Below, in pieces: positions 12,465 through 26,079 of a stretch of DNA of 64,000 nt. The stretch is from positions 94,488,001-94,552,000 of the forward strand of contig OX597814.1 of NCBI GenBank assembly GCA_951406725.2, read 5' to 3'. The stretch comes from Octopus vulgaris (lineage: Eukaryota). Under the pieces are notes generated by a model that ran no database searches, had not been told where the DNA came from, and was given only the letters and a program-made list of their open reading frames with translations. Numbering within the stretch: the stretch's first letter is position 1; every line of letters begins with the position of its first letter. The position numbers and the translations under genes were made by a program.

Positions 12465-13529
12465 TACTTCTGATCTTAAAATATATTATGTGTTAACGAA
12501 AGTCACAAGAGTGAAAAATCACTATTCTGCTTTCATATCTCTTCTCCGAAGTCAATAATTTATAAATATATAATACAAGACTGAATATTTGGTGAGAGCT
12601 TTTAAAAAGAAAGCTTTCATCATTTTGATTGGAAGTTACTTCTGAATTAAAATTCTACAGACAAGTATCCCTACCATTGATTCAATAACTGATTACATAC
12701 ACACCCAATAATTCTAAGAACAGCAATATTTTGAACGGATCCGGTGCAATGATCCATAATTTAGCTAATAGCTATGATAGGAAGAAATTTCGTAATGGTT
12801 TATTCTGCTTTTACTCATGTTCGTTTCAGCAAATTATTTCATGCATTATCATAACATTTTCTGATTTACAGATGGGAAAATCCCCAAATGGAAAGAAAGT
12901 AAACGTTTCTGTAAACGAAAACGTCTATGACATTTTCCACAAACATCATTTATCGATCAGATTCTAAATATATACATGTGTATTCATATGGATAGAGATT
13001 GATAGTATCTTCTTCTGTGCTTTTCTCAACGAGCTGCCTTAAGGAGTATTAAAGGTCTCAGCTAAATGAATTTGTTTCGATAACGAATTTGGCAAGGGAA
13101 TTTCATTTTCAGAGAGTCTTCTTCTATGACATATTTATTATCATCCTACACGTTCCATACTTCTTCGATCCAACGAGAGGTCATCTTCGCTGTCCTCTCA
13201 ACTTACTAGAAATAGTAGCTAAGTCTCTTACAACACACAAACTGCCATCAAAGAAAAATGCAAAATGCATTGAATAGTGTATAATTCCAAGATAAATAAA
13301 TAAGACTGGATAGATATTGATCAGAAATCTACTAACGTCTTGAACGCCTTTGATTATTGGTTTGCTCACATCAAGAATGCCTTAATCAAAGCTGTGTCGA
13401 ATCGGGGCTGACCTGCATTTAAACTACAACTTCACATATTTTAGACTGAAATACAAGATCGAAAATGTTGAAGAAGTAAAAAGAGACTGTGCTGACGTTC
13501 CTATTTCTTTTGATCATTCACAATCTAAA

Positions 13530-13742
13530 GGCGGCGAGCTGGCAGAAAAGTTAGCACGCCGGGCGACATGCTTAGCGGTATTTCGTCTGTCTTTATGTTC
13601 TGGGTTATAATTCCGCCGAGGTCGACTTTACCTTTCATCCTTTCGGGGTCGATGAATTAAGTACCATTTGAGTACTGGGGTCGATCTAATCAACTAGCCT
13701 GCTCCCCCAAAATTTCGGGACTTGTGCTTAGAGTAGAAAGGT
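13530..13742 (+). mobile_element. Full-length tRNA-derived SINE (family B)
   Basis: A-box-like ggcgagctggcagaa..gttagc, B-box-like ggttataattcc, central cctttcatcctttcggggtcgat...aagtacc; at least five other copies in the window. Confidence 0.88.
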
Positions 13743-13999
13743 ATATTTTATCGATACCGGAGGAATAAAATGCAAAGTAACCCCGGAGAGATTTGATCTT
13801 AGAACGTAGAAAGCCTGAAGAAAAACTGCTCCACGAAGTTTAACCTTCCTTCCACTCATATATTTGATTGCTAAAGGTATTTTAGCTTTGGCAAAATCTT
13901 GTCCTTGTGTTTTATAACACTTTAGTATATTTTAGCAGTTTCTATTTACTTTGACGATTTTTTTCTTGTATTGTAACATAATTGCATCTTTGACGCATA

Positions 14000-14060
<61 letters not shown>

Positions 14061-14304
14061 CACCTCATAATTTGACATATTTTGCATTTAGTTTTGTTTT
14101 AGATAATAAATATCTTTTTTATAAAATACTTTACGCACACTATACTTCTTCTTTTCTCTTTCTCGCCCCTCTTTCTCTTTTTCCTTTCTCTCTCTCTCCA
14201 TTTCTCTCCCTCTCTCTCTCTCTCTTTGTTTCTCTCATTGTTTCTCACTCTCTCTAACGGTTACAAAAATGAATTTCGATCGATTTTCTTTTAATGCGGT
14301 GTAT

Positions 14305-14318
14305 GTAACCATAGCAAC
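14305..14318. promoter_or_regulatory. RFX X-box motif
   Basis: GTAACCATAGCAAC matches the consensus GTNRCC(N0-3)RGYAAC exactly, in apparently non-TE sequence; no target gene identified. Confidence 0.35.
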
Positions 14319-14779
14319 CGTTTTCTGCACGACTTGGCACACTTAAGGGGAAAGGAAAAGAAATAAAAGACAAAGAAAAAAGATTTAAAAAAGAGTATGC
14401 TGCTGCTGGTGATGATAATGACGATGATGATGATGGTGGTGGTTAGGAGGAGGAAAACGACGACGAAAAGGAAGATGGCGAGGATGTTTATGAAGTGGGT
14501 ACCGCTTGTACTGATGGTGGTTTCGAGCTAGATCGCAAGCAAGATGAAAAACAAAGAGCGAAGAGGCAATAATATAGGAGTGATGGTTTACACACAGAAT
14601 ACAAAGATAAAATGGGCAAATACTGAATTACCAATATGCCAGGCGTTTATTGCTTTCATCGTTTATATAAGAATATATGGGCGGGGTCTTTGCATTACGA
14701 GGGTAGTTCTCTGTGAAGCAATGTCACTGCATGCTTTCTATACCTAATTCCTACAGAAGTCGAGCCTAATCCCATTTTT

Positions 14780-14985
14780 TATTCTTTTATTCTTTTACTT
14801 GTTTCAGTCATTTGACTGCGGCCATACTGAGGCACCACCTTGAATGGATGAGTCCAACAAATCGATCCCAGTGTTTATGTTTTTTTTTTCTCTATATTTT
14901 CTTTTTTTTTTCTTTGCATTTTCCAATATCTAATATTTATTCCATCAAACTCTTTTGCCGAACCGCTAAAGTTACAGTGACGCAC
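14780..14985 (-). mobile_element. SINE family A 3' half, degenerate
   Basis: cttttacttgtttcagtcatttgactgcggccat and tttgccgaaccgcta are reverse complements of parts of 46690-46847. Confidence 0.75.
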
Positions 14986-15463
14986 ACACACACATACGTA
15001 TGGGTGGAATTGTGACAGGTCGCTCTTAAGCGCTACCGGTAACATGTAAACCAGTACAGCTTTTTGCATGTTCGGCGTGTCGGCGAATAAACTGGCAACC
15101 CTACCATCCTTGCTGTGTGAGGACGATAACTGTTAGACTCCCTGTGGGAAAAAAAATAAAACCATCAATGGGTGGAGGAATTCATGAGTAGTTAACGGCC
15201 AGCGACTAATGTACATTAAACACACACAGGCATATTGTTTATGTGCCTATGTATATATATATATATATATATAGTGTATTTTTAAATGTTATGTATTTGT
15301 ATACTTGCATTTTATATTCCTTTTCATATTGTCTTATATATATATATAAATAATATATATATATAATGCATATATGCTTACGTATATCTATTTATATATG
15401 TGTGTGTGTGTGCTTGTGTATGTGCAAGTGTGTGTGCGTGTGTTTGTGTGTGTATACATATGT

Positions 15464-15709
15464 GGGTACAGGACGTCACGAAACGTGTACAACAAAAACG
15501 TACGAAGCACGAGTGCATGGAACATGTACTATTCTTTCGAACAACGAAAGACACAAATGGAAAACAAAACAAACACCATAAAGAATGACTTTTAATCAGT
15601 TCTTGGCTGTTTTTCTAGTCACGCATTTCGAGCATTTAACAACAATATACGCTTTCGAGAGAAGAGTTTCTCCCGCAAAGCAAATTAAATAATATTTGGG
15701 ATTTTACGG

Positions 15710-15712
<3 letters not shown>
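15464..15712. mobile_element. Repeat family shared with the arms of the 62500-63023 inverted repeat
   Basis: tacaggacgtca...gaatgac..t.atcagtt.t.ggctgt and catttcgagcattt match 62500-62643 and the reverse complement of 62865-62880. Confidence 0.55.
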
Positions 15713-15771
<59 letters not shown>

Positions 15772-15812
15772 GTACGTATAGATGTATGTACACCTACGTA
15801 TGCACTTATTCT

Positions 15813-15851
<39 letters not shown>

Positions 15852-15894
15852 CATTTATATTAGTATATGATTGAACGCCACGCATCTTTTTTTG

Positions 15895-15929
<35 letters not shown>

Positions 15930-16767
15930 TATGTGAAATAGAAAGATGAATAATCTTGTAGTAATCTTGTAGAAGGATACGAACTTAAGCTACAGGCTGG
16001 AATGGTCAATTTTGTCGGTGGCCCTCCCATTTGATAGGGGCAGAAGGCAGTGCAACCTTTGTGTCTCCGAACTCTTCCATATTTTGTTTGCCAGAGGCCG
16101 GATGGTAAACGGGCTTTTACAGTCGGCTTTTCGATGCCCCCATTGGCGGCGTTACACTTATCTGGCTTTTAAATAGCGTTTATAAATAATACCGGCACCC
16201 ATAGCCCTTGGTAACAAATTCTGAAATAGCCTTTAAGATATCTACGATTAACCACTGCAAGGGGAATTACTCCTGTAAGACAAACGGGGCTTGGTTTTTT
16301 CACAGCGGGGGGTTTCCTTGACAAGGCAGGTTTAGATGAGAACACACACACACATAAAACATGATGTATATTTTTTTCTGCCACCCAACGGTCATCACGG
16401 CAGTAGCCACTGACAGCCGAACGATCAAACGCACACACGTACACAAAAAATGTTTTCTACCCCTACGCCAACACACACGTATATAGAACAGTATACACAC
16501 ACACACGTCTCTAAGTAGATTTTTTCTCGCCCCTTATAAAACATCCAATATTCCTTAAATAGTCAGAACTTTATTCTCGGTCACAAAGAACATCTACGCC
16601 CCCTCACCCACATGATTGACCGATGCCTGACCCGTTGAATTCTTCAGCCACCGGTTCTCAACATACACTGATAAACAGTTTCGCCATGGGCTCTTAGGAG
16701 CATAGTTCGATTTGTTTTTGCTCCGCCTCTGTTCTGTTTTTGTTTTTCCAACGGATTTCCTATTTTC

Positions 16768-16847
16768 TTCCTGAAGAGAAAGACACAATATGGTCCCATT
16801 ATTCCATCGGATTTTGGTAATTTGTGCCTTTCGAAACACGTGTAGAA
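16768..16847 (+). ncRNA. Type I hammerhead ribozyme (Penelope-like), intact core
   Basis: ttc-CTGAAGA-gaaagacacaa...ttgtgcctttc-GAAA-cacgtg-TA-gaa: stem II 10/11 bp, palindromic stem III ACACGTGT, GUA cleavage triplet, short stem I. Confidence 0.75.
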
Positions 16848-16909
16848 TGAAATAAAACGATTTCTGTTCAATCTGCGTTCAGCTCCATTTCTTCAATTCA
16901 CCAATAATG

Positions 16910-16977
<68 letters not shown>

Positions 16978-17439
16978 TTGTGTGTTTTATTTATAAAGCC
17001 ACTAAGATTGCTGAACCAAACATCTTGCTTCACTGGAGCATTTTTCATTACTAGGGAAACCCTTTGCCATGCAGTCCAAAGTAGCACAAGGCTTAACTTT
17101 TGCACAGGCCTTCCTAACATCATTGTTAACACTCTATTGTTGTCCTTTTCCTGTCAACGAACTGCAAATATATCCTGTAGATATTGCAGCACTCCCGTAG
17201 ACCCGTTCATTGGATAATGGTCAAGTCACAGAACTAGGTACAGGGTGTACAATATTCCGGAATAGAAAAGAAGAAAGGCAACGTATGAAACACAACGTAT
17301 GGAAGGAAGGAAACTTAGGATTTGGCCAAATCAGTGACATAATGGTTAAATTTGATGAACATGTATGCTCTTTGGGCTTACAATAATTGTTGTTATGTTT
17401 CAATCAGCTTACAATTCATACTGTGAACCTGAGATTTTT

Positions 17440-18170
17440 CTTCAAAGCACAAAGCTGAATGTTGTCGATAAATTCACGTGTCTTTAAAATGTACTGAAAA
17501 TCGTTTGTACTTAAAATGAGGAAATAGCAAACCGTCTTCAAAAAGCATCTCAGGCTTTCAAGAATCTTGAAGTGTGAATTTGTTCTAATAGAGATATTAC
17601 AAAAAGTATGAAAGTTGCAGTGTATAGGGCTTCTGTGCTTTCATCCCTTCCTTACTCATGTGCGTTATATGTAAAATATGGGAAGCATTTCAAATTATTA
17701 GTGCGATATAACCAACAGTATGTACTGAAAATTCAAAGAGATGCACAAAGTACCAGATTCTGAAATACTTGAATCAGCTGTTGTGAATGGTATTGAAACC
17801 TAAATTTATCGACACACTTCGCTTGACTGATCATGTCCAAAAAACTGCTATATTGTCAAATAAAAGATGCAGAAAAGTCTCAATGTAAACCAACAATGCG
17901 TTTGGAAGATTTAACAAGTAGCTCTCTAAAACATTTCAAAATTATGCATGCAAACTGGGAAAGTAATTCTGTGAACCGACCAAAATGTTCAAGAATCCGA
18001 GAGGGTGCCGCCTTGTTTGAAGATAACAACATTTACTGGCAACAAGAGAGGCAAGAAAGGGTTTGCTTGTAGTCAATAATTTTTCTCTCCTAACCTGTGA
18101 TACCTGCAACCCTATTTATCTACCCCAAGCTGGACCAGTTAGTCATAAGCGGAGCCACATATTTAAGCCC
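17440..18170 (+). pseudogene. RTE-clade LINE 3' relic
   Basis: EEIANRLQKASQAF...KVAVYRASVLSSLPYSC; SKKLLYCQIK...WESNSVNRPK...IREGAALFE; terminal C2H2-like TCDTC...SHKRSH. Confidence 0.75.
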
Positions 18171-18965
18171 AATACTGACTATTTGCAGCCATAACCTGAT
18201 GAATTATCTTGCTCTGTTTACAATAAGATCTGCAGCAGTGAATCTGGGCTCACAAGGCGCATGAATTGTGACAATCACAATTCACAGGGAAGTCAAGTCT
18301 TTTCATGCTGTTTGTGTGGAAGAATTTGTAAATATTTTGCTGGACTAAAGAGACATATCAGATCACATAACATGTAGACGATAACTAATCAGTTTAAACA
18401 ATTCATAATCAGCGCGTTTGTGTTGTTGGTTTTTAACTAGTTTGGTGCTTATGAGTATGTATTCTGTGAGTGATGCTCTTGAGAAGAATCATACTTGACT
18501 AAAGAGTTGTCAGCCATCATATACAAATAAATGCGTTTTGTTTTGTTTGGTTTTTTGTAAAGTTTCAGTCCACGCTGAGGCACCACCATTTAATTTGCTA
18601 CACTTCCACTAAACCTCCTCTGATGCACGACATTTGGTGGATGAGGGACTTTGACGTTGCTGCCCTCATCTGTGTTTCTTGCCTTGAGGTAGGTCTATCC
18701 GGAACTCTTGACAGAAGGAGATCCAGTTTTGTTTTGAAAAAGCCTACATATTTTCGATTCTAATCCAGAAACGATCGTCCATAATTGATCCAAAGTAGAC
18801 TGTGTGATTTCGTTGTCTTCCTTCTTTTTACCATATACGAGTTACAAATACTGTTGTTTGTAGAGACTTATTTTTGTAGTAATAGTAATGGTAACCTATT
18901 TGGCTGCTATTTCTAATATTTTCGGTATGTGGTTTAAGCAACTTGTTGCAAATAACCCTTTATCA

Positions 18966-19016
<51 letters not shown>

Positions 19017-19048
19017 ATATGTATATAATGTATATATATATATATATA

Positions 19049-19141
<93 letters not shown>

Positions 19142-19774
19142 TCATACACGATGTTCTTCCATACAGTTTCCGGGTACCAAATTTACTCATAAGCTATTGA
19201 TCATTCTTCTTTTCTATTATTAATCATCATTGTCTACTGAGATACGCACATGACATTTATTGAATTAATTATTCACTCTGAGTCACAGCTTGTGAAGTTG
19301 TTATGATTATAATCTGGTGACTATTGAAAGAGATGCTGAGCAATATGTTTCCAAAAGATAACCACAGGGTTTAACGTTAACCTTAACTGTTGTCTGCAAA
19401 CAATCAGGCATTTTTTTTTCTTGAGTATGAGTATATTATTTGTGCGTTGACTAATGTAATTGTTGTGCTATGAAGAACGCTTCCATCATTTTTCATCTCT
19501 CGTCTAACTTGGGGATGGATTCTGAATAAAATGAGTGTTTGTTTACCAATATATTCTTAAGATTTGTTTATAATTCAGAACATGAACAATGCTCAGAGAT
19601 TAATTATACATACATGTGTGTATGCGTGTATGTAGGTATGCGTGTATGTAGGTATACGCACGCACACACACTCTCTCTCTCTCACACACACACACACACG
19701 TAAATACATGCATATGCATATGCATACGGACACATATGTATGCATGTATGTATGTATGTACAGAGAGACGGAGA

Positions 19775-19962
<188 letters not shown>

Positions 19963-20513
19963 TTTGTAACATAAACACAAGGTTTCCACTTCCGGAAAGA
20001 ATATAGTCGAAAACGTTGCTGTTTTTGTATTTAATTAATTTGGAGGAATTACTAGTGAAGACACCGTCGGTGAGGACTGAATCCACAACGTACAAGGCTG
20101 TAACAAGATACTACTAAGCATTTTGTTCGCTGCTTAACGATTCTTTCAAACTAATATATTAATAAGATTCTCTGTATATGTTTATGTGGAAACATATCCG
20201 TATGTTACGTGCATTCATGCAAACCGTGTTATATGTTCTGTAAAGAACTCTGTGCGTTATGAGGATAACTGGTCAATGTTTCAGAAGATATGTCAAAGAG
20301 AAACGAAGTCGCAGATAAATTCTATAATGTAGCTAATCGTCCATTAAACATCAGCAGATCCGCAGTCCCAAACAGATGTCTTTAAATCATAGTTGGATGG
20401 ATGATTTCTACTAACGGATGGAAGCGCCCGCGCGCGCGCACACACACACACACGTATATATATACATACATACGTGCGTACGTATATACGTACATACATA
20501 GATACACTCAATC

Positions 20514-20607
<94 letters not shown>

Positions 20608-21849
20608 CGTGTATTCCCAATTACCTTCGTACACATAAATTACTTTCAGTCAATTTCATTCATACACATACACACATACATACACGTGCGGACGAATTCA
20701 CACTCCGAAATACACAGATACACAGATACACACATGTGCAGACGCACTCTCATATACATGTATTTTAATGTAATAAGATATAACAAAGGATACTATTTTG
20801 GTAAGTTATTCGACTGATAATGCCACACATAAATAAGAAGAAGAAAGTTATATGGGGCAGGTTGGATTCCGGTTGTTGAGGATGAAAACAAACTTGAGAC
20901 ACAATAGATATACTAGCTCAAAGAAAGCAGGAGTTATCTTGTGGTCGAAACAATAAATGGCAATGTTACTTATATCTGACAGTTCACCTCGGCTTCTCTT
21001 CAGGGGTGGGGGAAAATAACAATTGCGATTGGTGATGTAAGATTGTACAGCTTAATTCAATATATACGTGAAGGACACGAAACTGGAATTGGAATTTTAT
21101 GGCAAGAAACATTCTAGTGACAAGCATAAAAATTGTTGGAGATCCGAACTTTGACATTATAATCTCGGGGCTCTGCTTGAGTTTCTTTTTCTTTTTCTTT
21201 TTTATCGCCTTTATTTTATTCTTCATTAAAATATGTTTTATACAATTTTCCAAAGTTTCTATTTAATTTATTTCTTCTTTTCTGTCATAAATTTCAAATT
21301 ATATATATATATACATATATATTTTTTACTTGTTTCAATCATTTGATTGGCTGCGGCCATGATGTAGCACACCCTTAAAGGGTTTTAGTCGAAGACATCG
21401 ACCCCATGCATTCGAATCAAAATCCCGAAAGAAAATATAGCTTTGAAGTAAACATATTTGGGGGGCCTGTTAATTCAGGTAATACATTGAAGCTGGCAAG
21501 TCGGTGATATGAAGATATAGATGACATATCAGTGATATGTAGATGCTTGTTGTGTCTGCTTCATGTTGCAATATTCCACAGTTGTCAGATTAATAGTTGG
21601 TGTGTTGAATCAATATTTTTTATATTAGGCGTACGCAATGTGAAGCAGAACTAATGACTGTGCAAGAGGAACAGTTTCACCATTTACCAAACAGGCGTTG
21701 TTTACTTTACATTACTCGTACTTCGTACGTTTTTGTTGTACGCGTTTCTTTACATAGAGGCTAGATAACATTTATATGATTTTTCTAGGGTATTATTGGC
21801 TACTAGTCTGAATTTACTTAACTGGGCATGTTTTGATAGAAACAAAAGA

Positions 21850-22200
21850 AATAAAGGAACTTTTACTTGTTTCAGTATGTGAGATTTCTCATGGAAGCAG
21901 ATTTTCCATTTACAAGCAGCAGATGAGTAAGGATGGTACCAATCAATACTCCTTGTGACACTGGAAAATATTTCCATTACCTGTAGTCTCCAGATAAGTC
22001 GAATATGGAGACAGTGTCCGGCTTGTTTCTACATCTAAAAGACAGTATATGGTGTGTAAACCGTCTTTTGAAATCATTAGCCTGCATACGCTGTGGAACC
22101 TTCTTTTGAAATCACTAGTCTTTAGGCTAATGCAGTATTTCGAACCACAACTGAGTGGTGTAACGGTAGCTATTTAGACTACATCATTTGACACATAGGA
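21850..22200 (-). pseudogene. Old LINE reverse transcriptase relic (RTE-like)
   Basis: Minus-strand DFKRRFHSVCR (like DFKKAFDS.HR) and YFPVSQGVLIGTILTHLL (like FPV..GV.QG..L.P.LF). Confidence 0.5.
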
Positions 22201-24040
22201 TTCCCCCATAGTGGGGTTTCAGCTGTTGAATGTATAGGTGTGAGGTGAGATTTGTGCAGGTGCGTGTGTTTTCTCTTGCAGCGTAAGAAGTTGAAAGAGA
22301 AGTTATCTAGGTAAGAGCAGCTAACCATAGGGACATGAGCATTAACTAGTTTGTGGGTATATAAAAAGGCCGGTCTATCATTGCTAACACTCAGAAACCA
22401 AAACAGTTGTACAACATACTAACGAGTAACTTGACACCATTAGACTGTCAGCCATACCACATGGAAAAGCGAAAACAGAATGCAATTCCGTCTGTTATGT
22501 CTAACCTAACAATTACTACATGTATTCAAGCAGCTGACGCCATTAAGCTGTTCTGTCCGCCATGTGAGACAGCAAATGAGTTCATCTGTTGCCGCTACCC
22601 CACTGAATTCAATATGTTATCTGAACTAACAAGCCCAACACCCCAACTATTCTCACATGGAAGCTGATATATAACGCTGACTCCCTTTGAAAATTACATC
22701 GGCCATACACGTCTCTAAGAAATACTCAGCTACTAATACATAATTTTAATGATGAGGGCATTTCGCTGCTCAAGAGATTGAAACATTCATCGCCGAGACC
22801 ACACCTCAATGTCTTAAGCCAGGAAAAGACTTAAAGGGAATATATTGTTGAAGTTATAATTTGCAGTGATTTGGCGCTTCTTATACATCTGTTATTTAAA
22901 TTATATGCATTATTATTCGGGCAAATAAGCGTGCTTATTCAAATTATTTAACGATGGTGTTTGTTTCATTTAAATAACTGCGTCTAGTTGATACGTCAAT
23001 ATAACTAACAACCGATAATTTATATTCTATCACAGCTGTTTCCAGAAATAAAATCTGCCTTATCGTTCAAGAACGCATTTTAACAATTTTCCAGAAATAT
23101 AAATTTTATTTTCAAGATATGTCATTTGAATCCATCTCAAAATAGTACATTTCCGATACATTAAATCACCTAATTATTTCAGCGATGCAGTGTAATTTAT
23201 TTAGGACAAGTCAGTCAGATGAGTCCAATTTAACTAACATAATATTTAAACGAATATATCATTGAGGATAAAAATATCGTTACTGATTTATTCAGTCGAA
23301 TATACTAATTTTTCGTATTTTCACTGTCTTCATGTTTTCTTTCTGTACAAAGTATCTGCTTGGCGATTCTACCATCATAACTTGAGCAAATACGTCAAGG
23401 GCTATGTCTTGCAAACGATGTATAAGACGAAAACAGATCCAGAGTTGCCTTCTGTAGTTGCCTATCTGATTAAAATAATAGTTTTCATTGAGTTCACTAG
23501 ATTCTGATTAGAGGTTTTATGTTTACCTCATTAAATGTGTTAATATTGACTTAACTATGGTTTCATGAGTATAAAGTTAAAGAGTAAATATATCTAGTAT
23601 TCGTTGTTATTATATGTTAATCTTTTAGGCCAAAAAGTATTCACTATTGTACGTTTTTAGTGATTCCCTTATCCTTATGAATTATGATTTTTCGAATAAA
23701 GATAAATAAAATTAAAATATGTCCTGATTGGCCCATGTACCTGCTAAAATAATTAAAATACAAATGATTATTGTGCTAAGATCCTGTTTTATTTGCTGCA
23801 TAAATATTTCTGAATTTTCGATACTCACTGCCTTAGGTACGTTAACACCAACGTAAATAACTGTATTTGAACTAAGCAACTTCAGTACAGAATACAATAC
23901 TGCAATGCTGCCGTACGCTGAAGCAAATAACAATGGTTATTTAGATTGTGTTTAAATAAGCTAGTGTTAATTTTCTTCCAAGCTGAATACAAATCGAAAA
24001 AATTATCATCTCAAATATTTGTGATGTTTCAACGTCGACG

Positions 24041-24101
<61 letters not shown>

Positions 24102-24961
24102 ACACAGCTGTAAGTTTATAATGGTTACTGGCAATTGACTGCCTTGTTCATAATATGATAATCACATAATTTAATCATAAGGCTAATCTTGAATTCGAAA
24201 TTACTGGATAAAACACTAAAAAATCATTCGGTTTCCTCAGAAAATGATAACGTTCGCTGTAACTTGCTGTTTTGTAGAAGTGGTTAAAGTTTTGGAAAAT
24301 GTCCATTCTATTCTTCGAAATGAATGTTGCGAACATGCAAGGATAAGAATGAAAACGGAAAAGGGTAATAACCATGATTCAAATATAAGGAAAGATCTCC
24401 CTTTACTTTTGTGTAATTCCAGATAGATAGAAAGAGGGAAAAGTACCTATATAAGTATGCATGTACAGAAATATATACGGATGGACAGACATATCAACAA
24501 ACACCTGCAACACGACACATTCATACACACGTTCACATGCATTCACATATACACATAAAGATATGAACACAAATACACATGTATATTACACACACACACA
24601 CATACACACATATATATATTATTTAAATCTACACTATGGATTGATTCATCTTCTCTTCGAAACTAATAAGTTTTTAAAAATCTGTGATAAGACTGTGCAT
24701 CATCATTAAGGAACTTTGGAAAACTGTTTACAACCTATATCTGCCTCTAATGGAATTATCTCCAATATTTCATGAGTATAACCTCACCCACTAAGATGTC
24801 TAGAGAACTCATATGTATTTTAGCGGATGAGTACGGGACACTTTTATCTGCTGCAATTTTTGCAACTTGTAATAAAGCCTGTCTTTGTATGAAACAATTG
24901 TACTAAAAACTAATCCATTCTTGTTGCTTCTTTCTCGTATATATATATATATATATATACA

Positions 24962-25177
24962 CGAGGGGGTGCTGCAAAGTTCCTGGCTTTAAGGGTCGGA
25001 AAAGGCCTGGCTAGAGGCCCAAACTTTCGAATTAATTTTACTGAACTTAGAAAAACTGGAGAACCGCTGCAATAAGTGTGTTAATCTTACAGGAGAATAT
25101 GTTGAGTAAAATCATAATTAACTAACTTTCTAGTATTTTCTGTTACCCAAAGTCAGGAACATTTCAGCACTCCTTCG
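24962..25177 (+). mobile_element. Complete mariner-derived MITE
   Basis: TIRs cgagggggtgctgcaaagttcctggcttt / aaagtcaggaacatttcagcactccttcg; internal LEKLENRCNKCVNLTGEYVE* is a mariner C-terminal remnant. Confidence 0.85.
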
Positions 25178-25451
25178 AATATATGTATGTGTGTATATAG
25201 ATTTAAAAAATAGGATAAAATCTTAATAAGAAATCTTAAGAAATTATCAAGTGGTTAGCGTGAAAAACCTCATAAGAAAAAAAAAACTGTAAATTTTTTT
25301 TTTCTTTGAAAATATTTATTTATATTGTATAGAGGGCATTATTGCACATAAATGCCACACGCTAGGATGGACTCTTAAAGTCATAACTACCAAATATAAA
25401 CACATTGTACCGAATGCAATTCTCAAAGCGAGTCATTTAAAACAGAATTTA

Positions 25452-25515
25452 GCTCCATATCACCTGTGATTTCGCAATTAACGCGTTATACGCGTCCCTT
25501 GCTCTTCAGTGAAGC
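25452..25515 (-). ncRNA. Type I hammerhead ribozyme
   Basis: Exact reverse complement of 26016-26079. Confidence 0.85.
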
Positions 25516-26015
25516 GAATCCAAAATATATCATAAATAAACAAAAGCATCATACCAGGTGGACAACCGTCGCCGTCATCGTAGTATATGGAAATGTTTAC
25601 CCATCATACATTTATGTAAATGGCGGGCTCTTTTGAATTGCATTTCGGGAGACAACGTGCTTTTTCGGAACAAATTTTAAAAATAGGATAAAATCTTAAT
25701 AAGAAATCTTAACAAGAACTTATCAAGTAGTTAGCGTGAAAAACCTCATAAGAGAAAAAGAATTTACAGTTTTTTTTCTCTTATGAGGTTTTTTACGCTA
25801 ACTACTTGATAATTTCTTGTTAAGATTTCTTATTAAGATTTTATCCTATTTTTCAAATTTGTTCCGAAAAAGCACGCTGTCTCCCGAAATGCAATTCAAA
25901 AGAGCCCGCTATTTACATAAATGTATGATGGGTAAACATTTCCATATACTACGATGACGGCGACGGTTGTCCACCTGGTATGATACTTTATTTATTTATG
26001 ATATATTTTGGATTC

Positions 26016-26079
26016 GCTTCACTGAAGAGCAAGGGACGCGTATAACGCGTTAATTGCGAAATCACAGGTGATATGGAGC
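26016..26079 (+). ncRNA. Type I hammerhead ribozyme
   Basis: Stem I gcttca/tggagc; CTGAAGA; stem II gcaa/ttgc extended by acgcgt-ata-acgcgt; GAAA; stem III atca-cagg-tgat; AUA cleavage triplet. Confidence 0.85.

Noticed and set aside
20935-21005. Minus-strand CTGAAGA-gaagc...gtttc-GACC hammerhead-like pattern
   Set aside because: The GAAA box is absent and no stem III or stem I could be formed.
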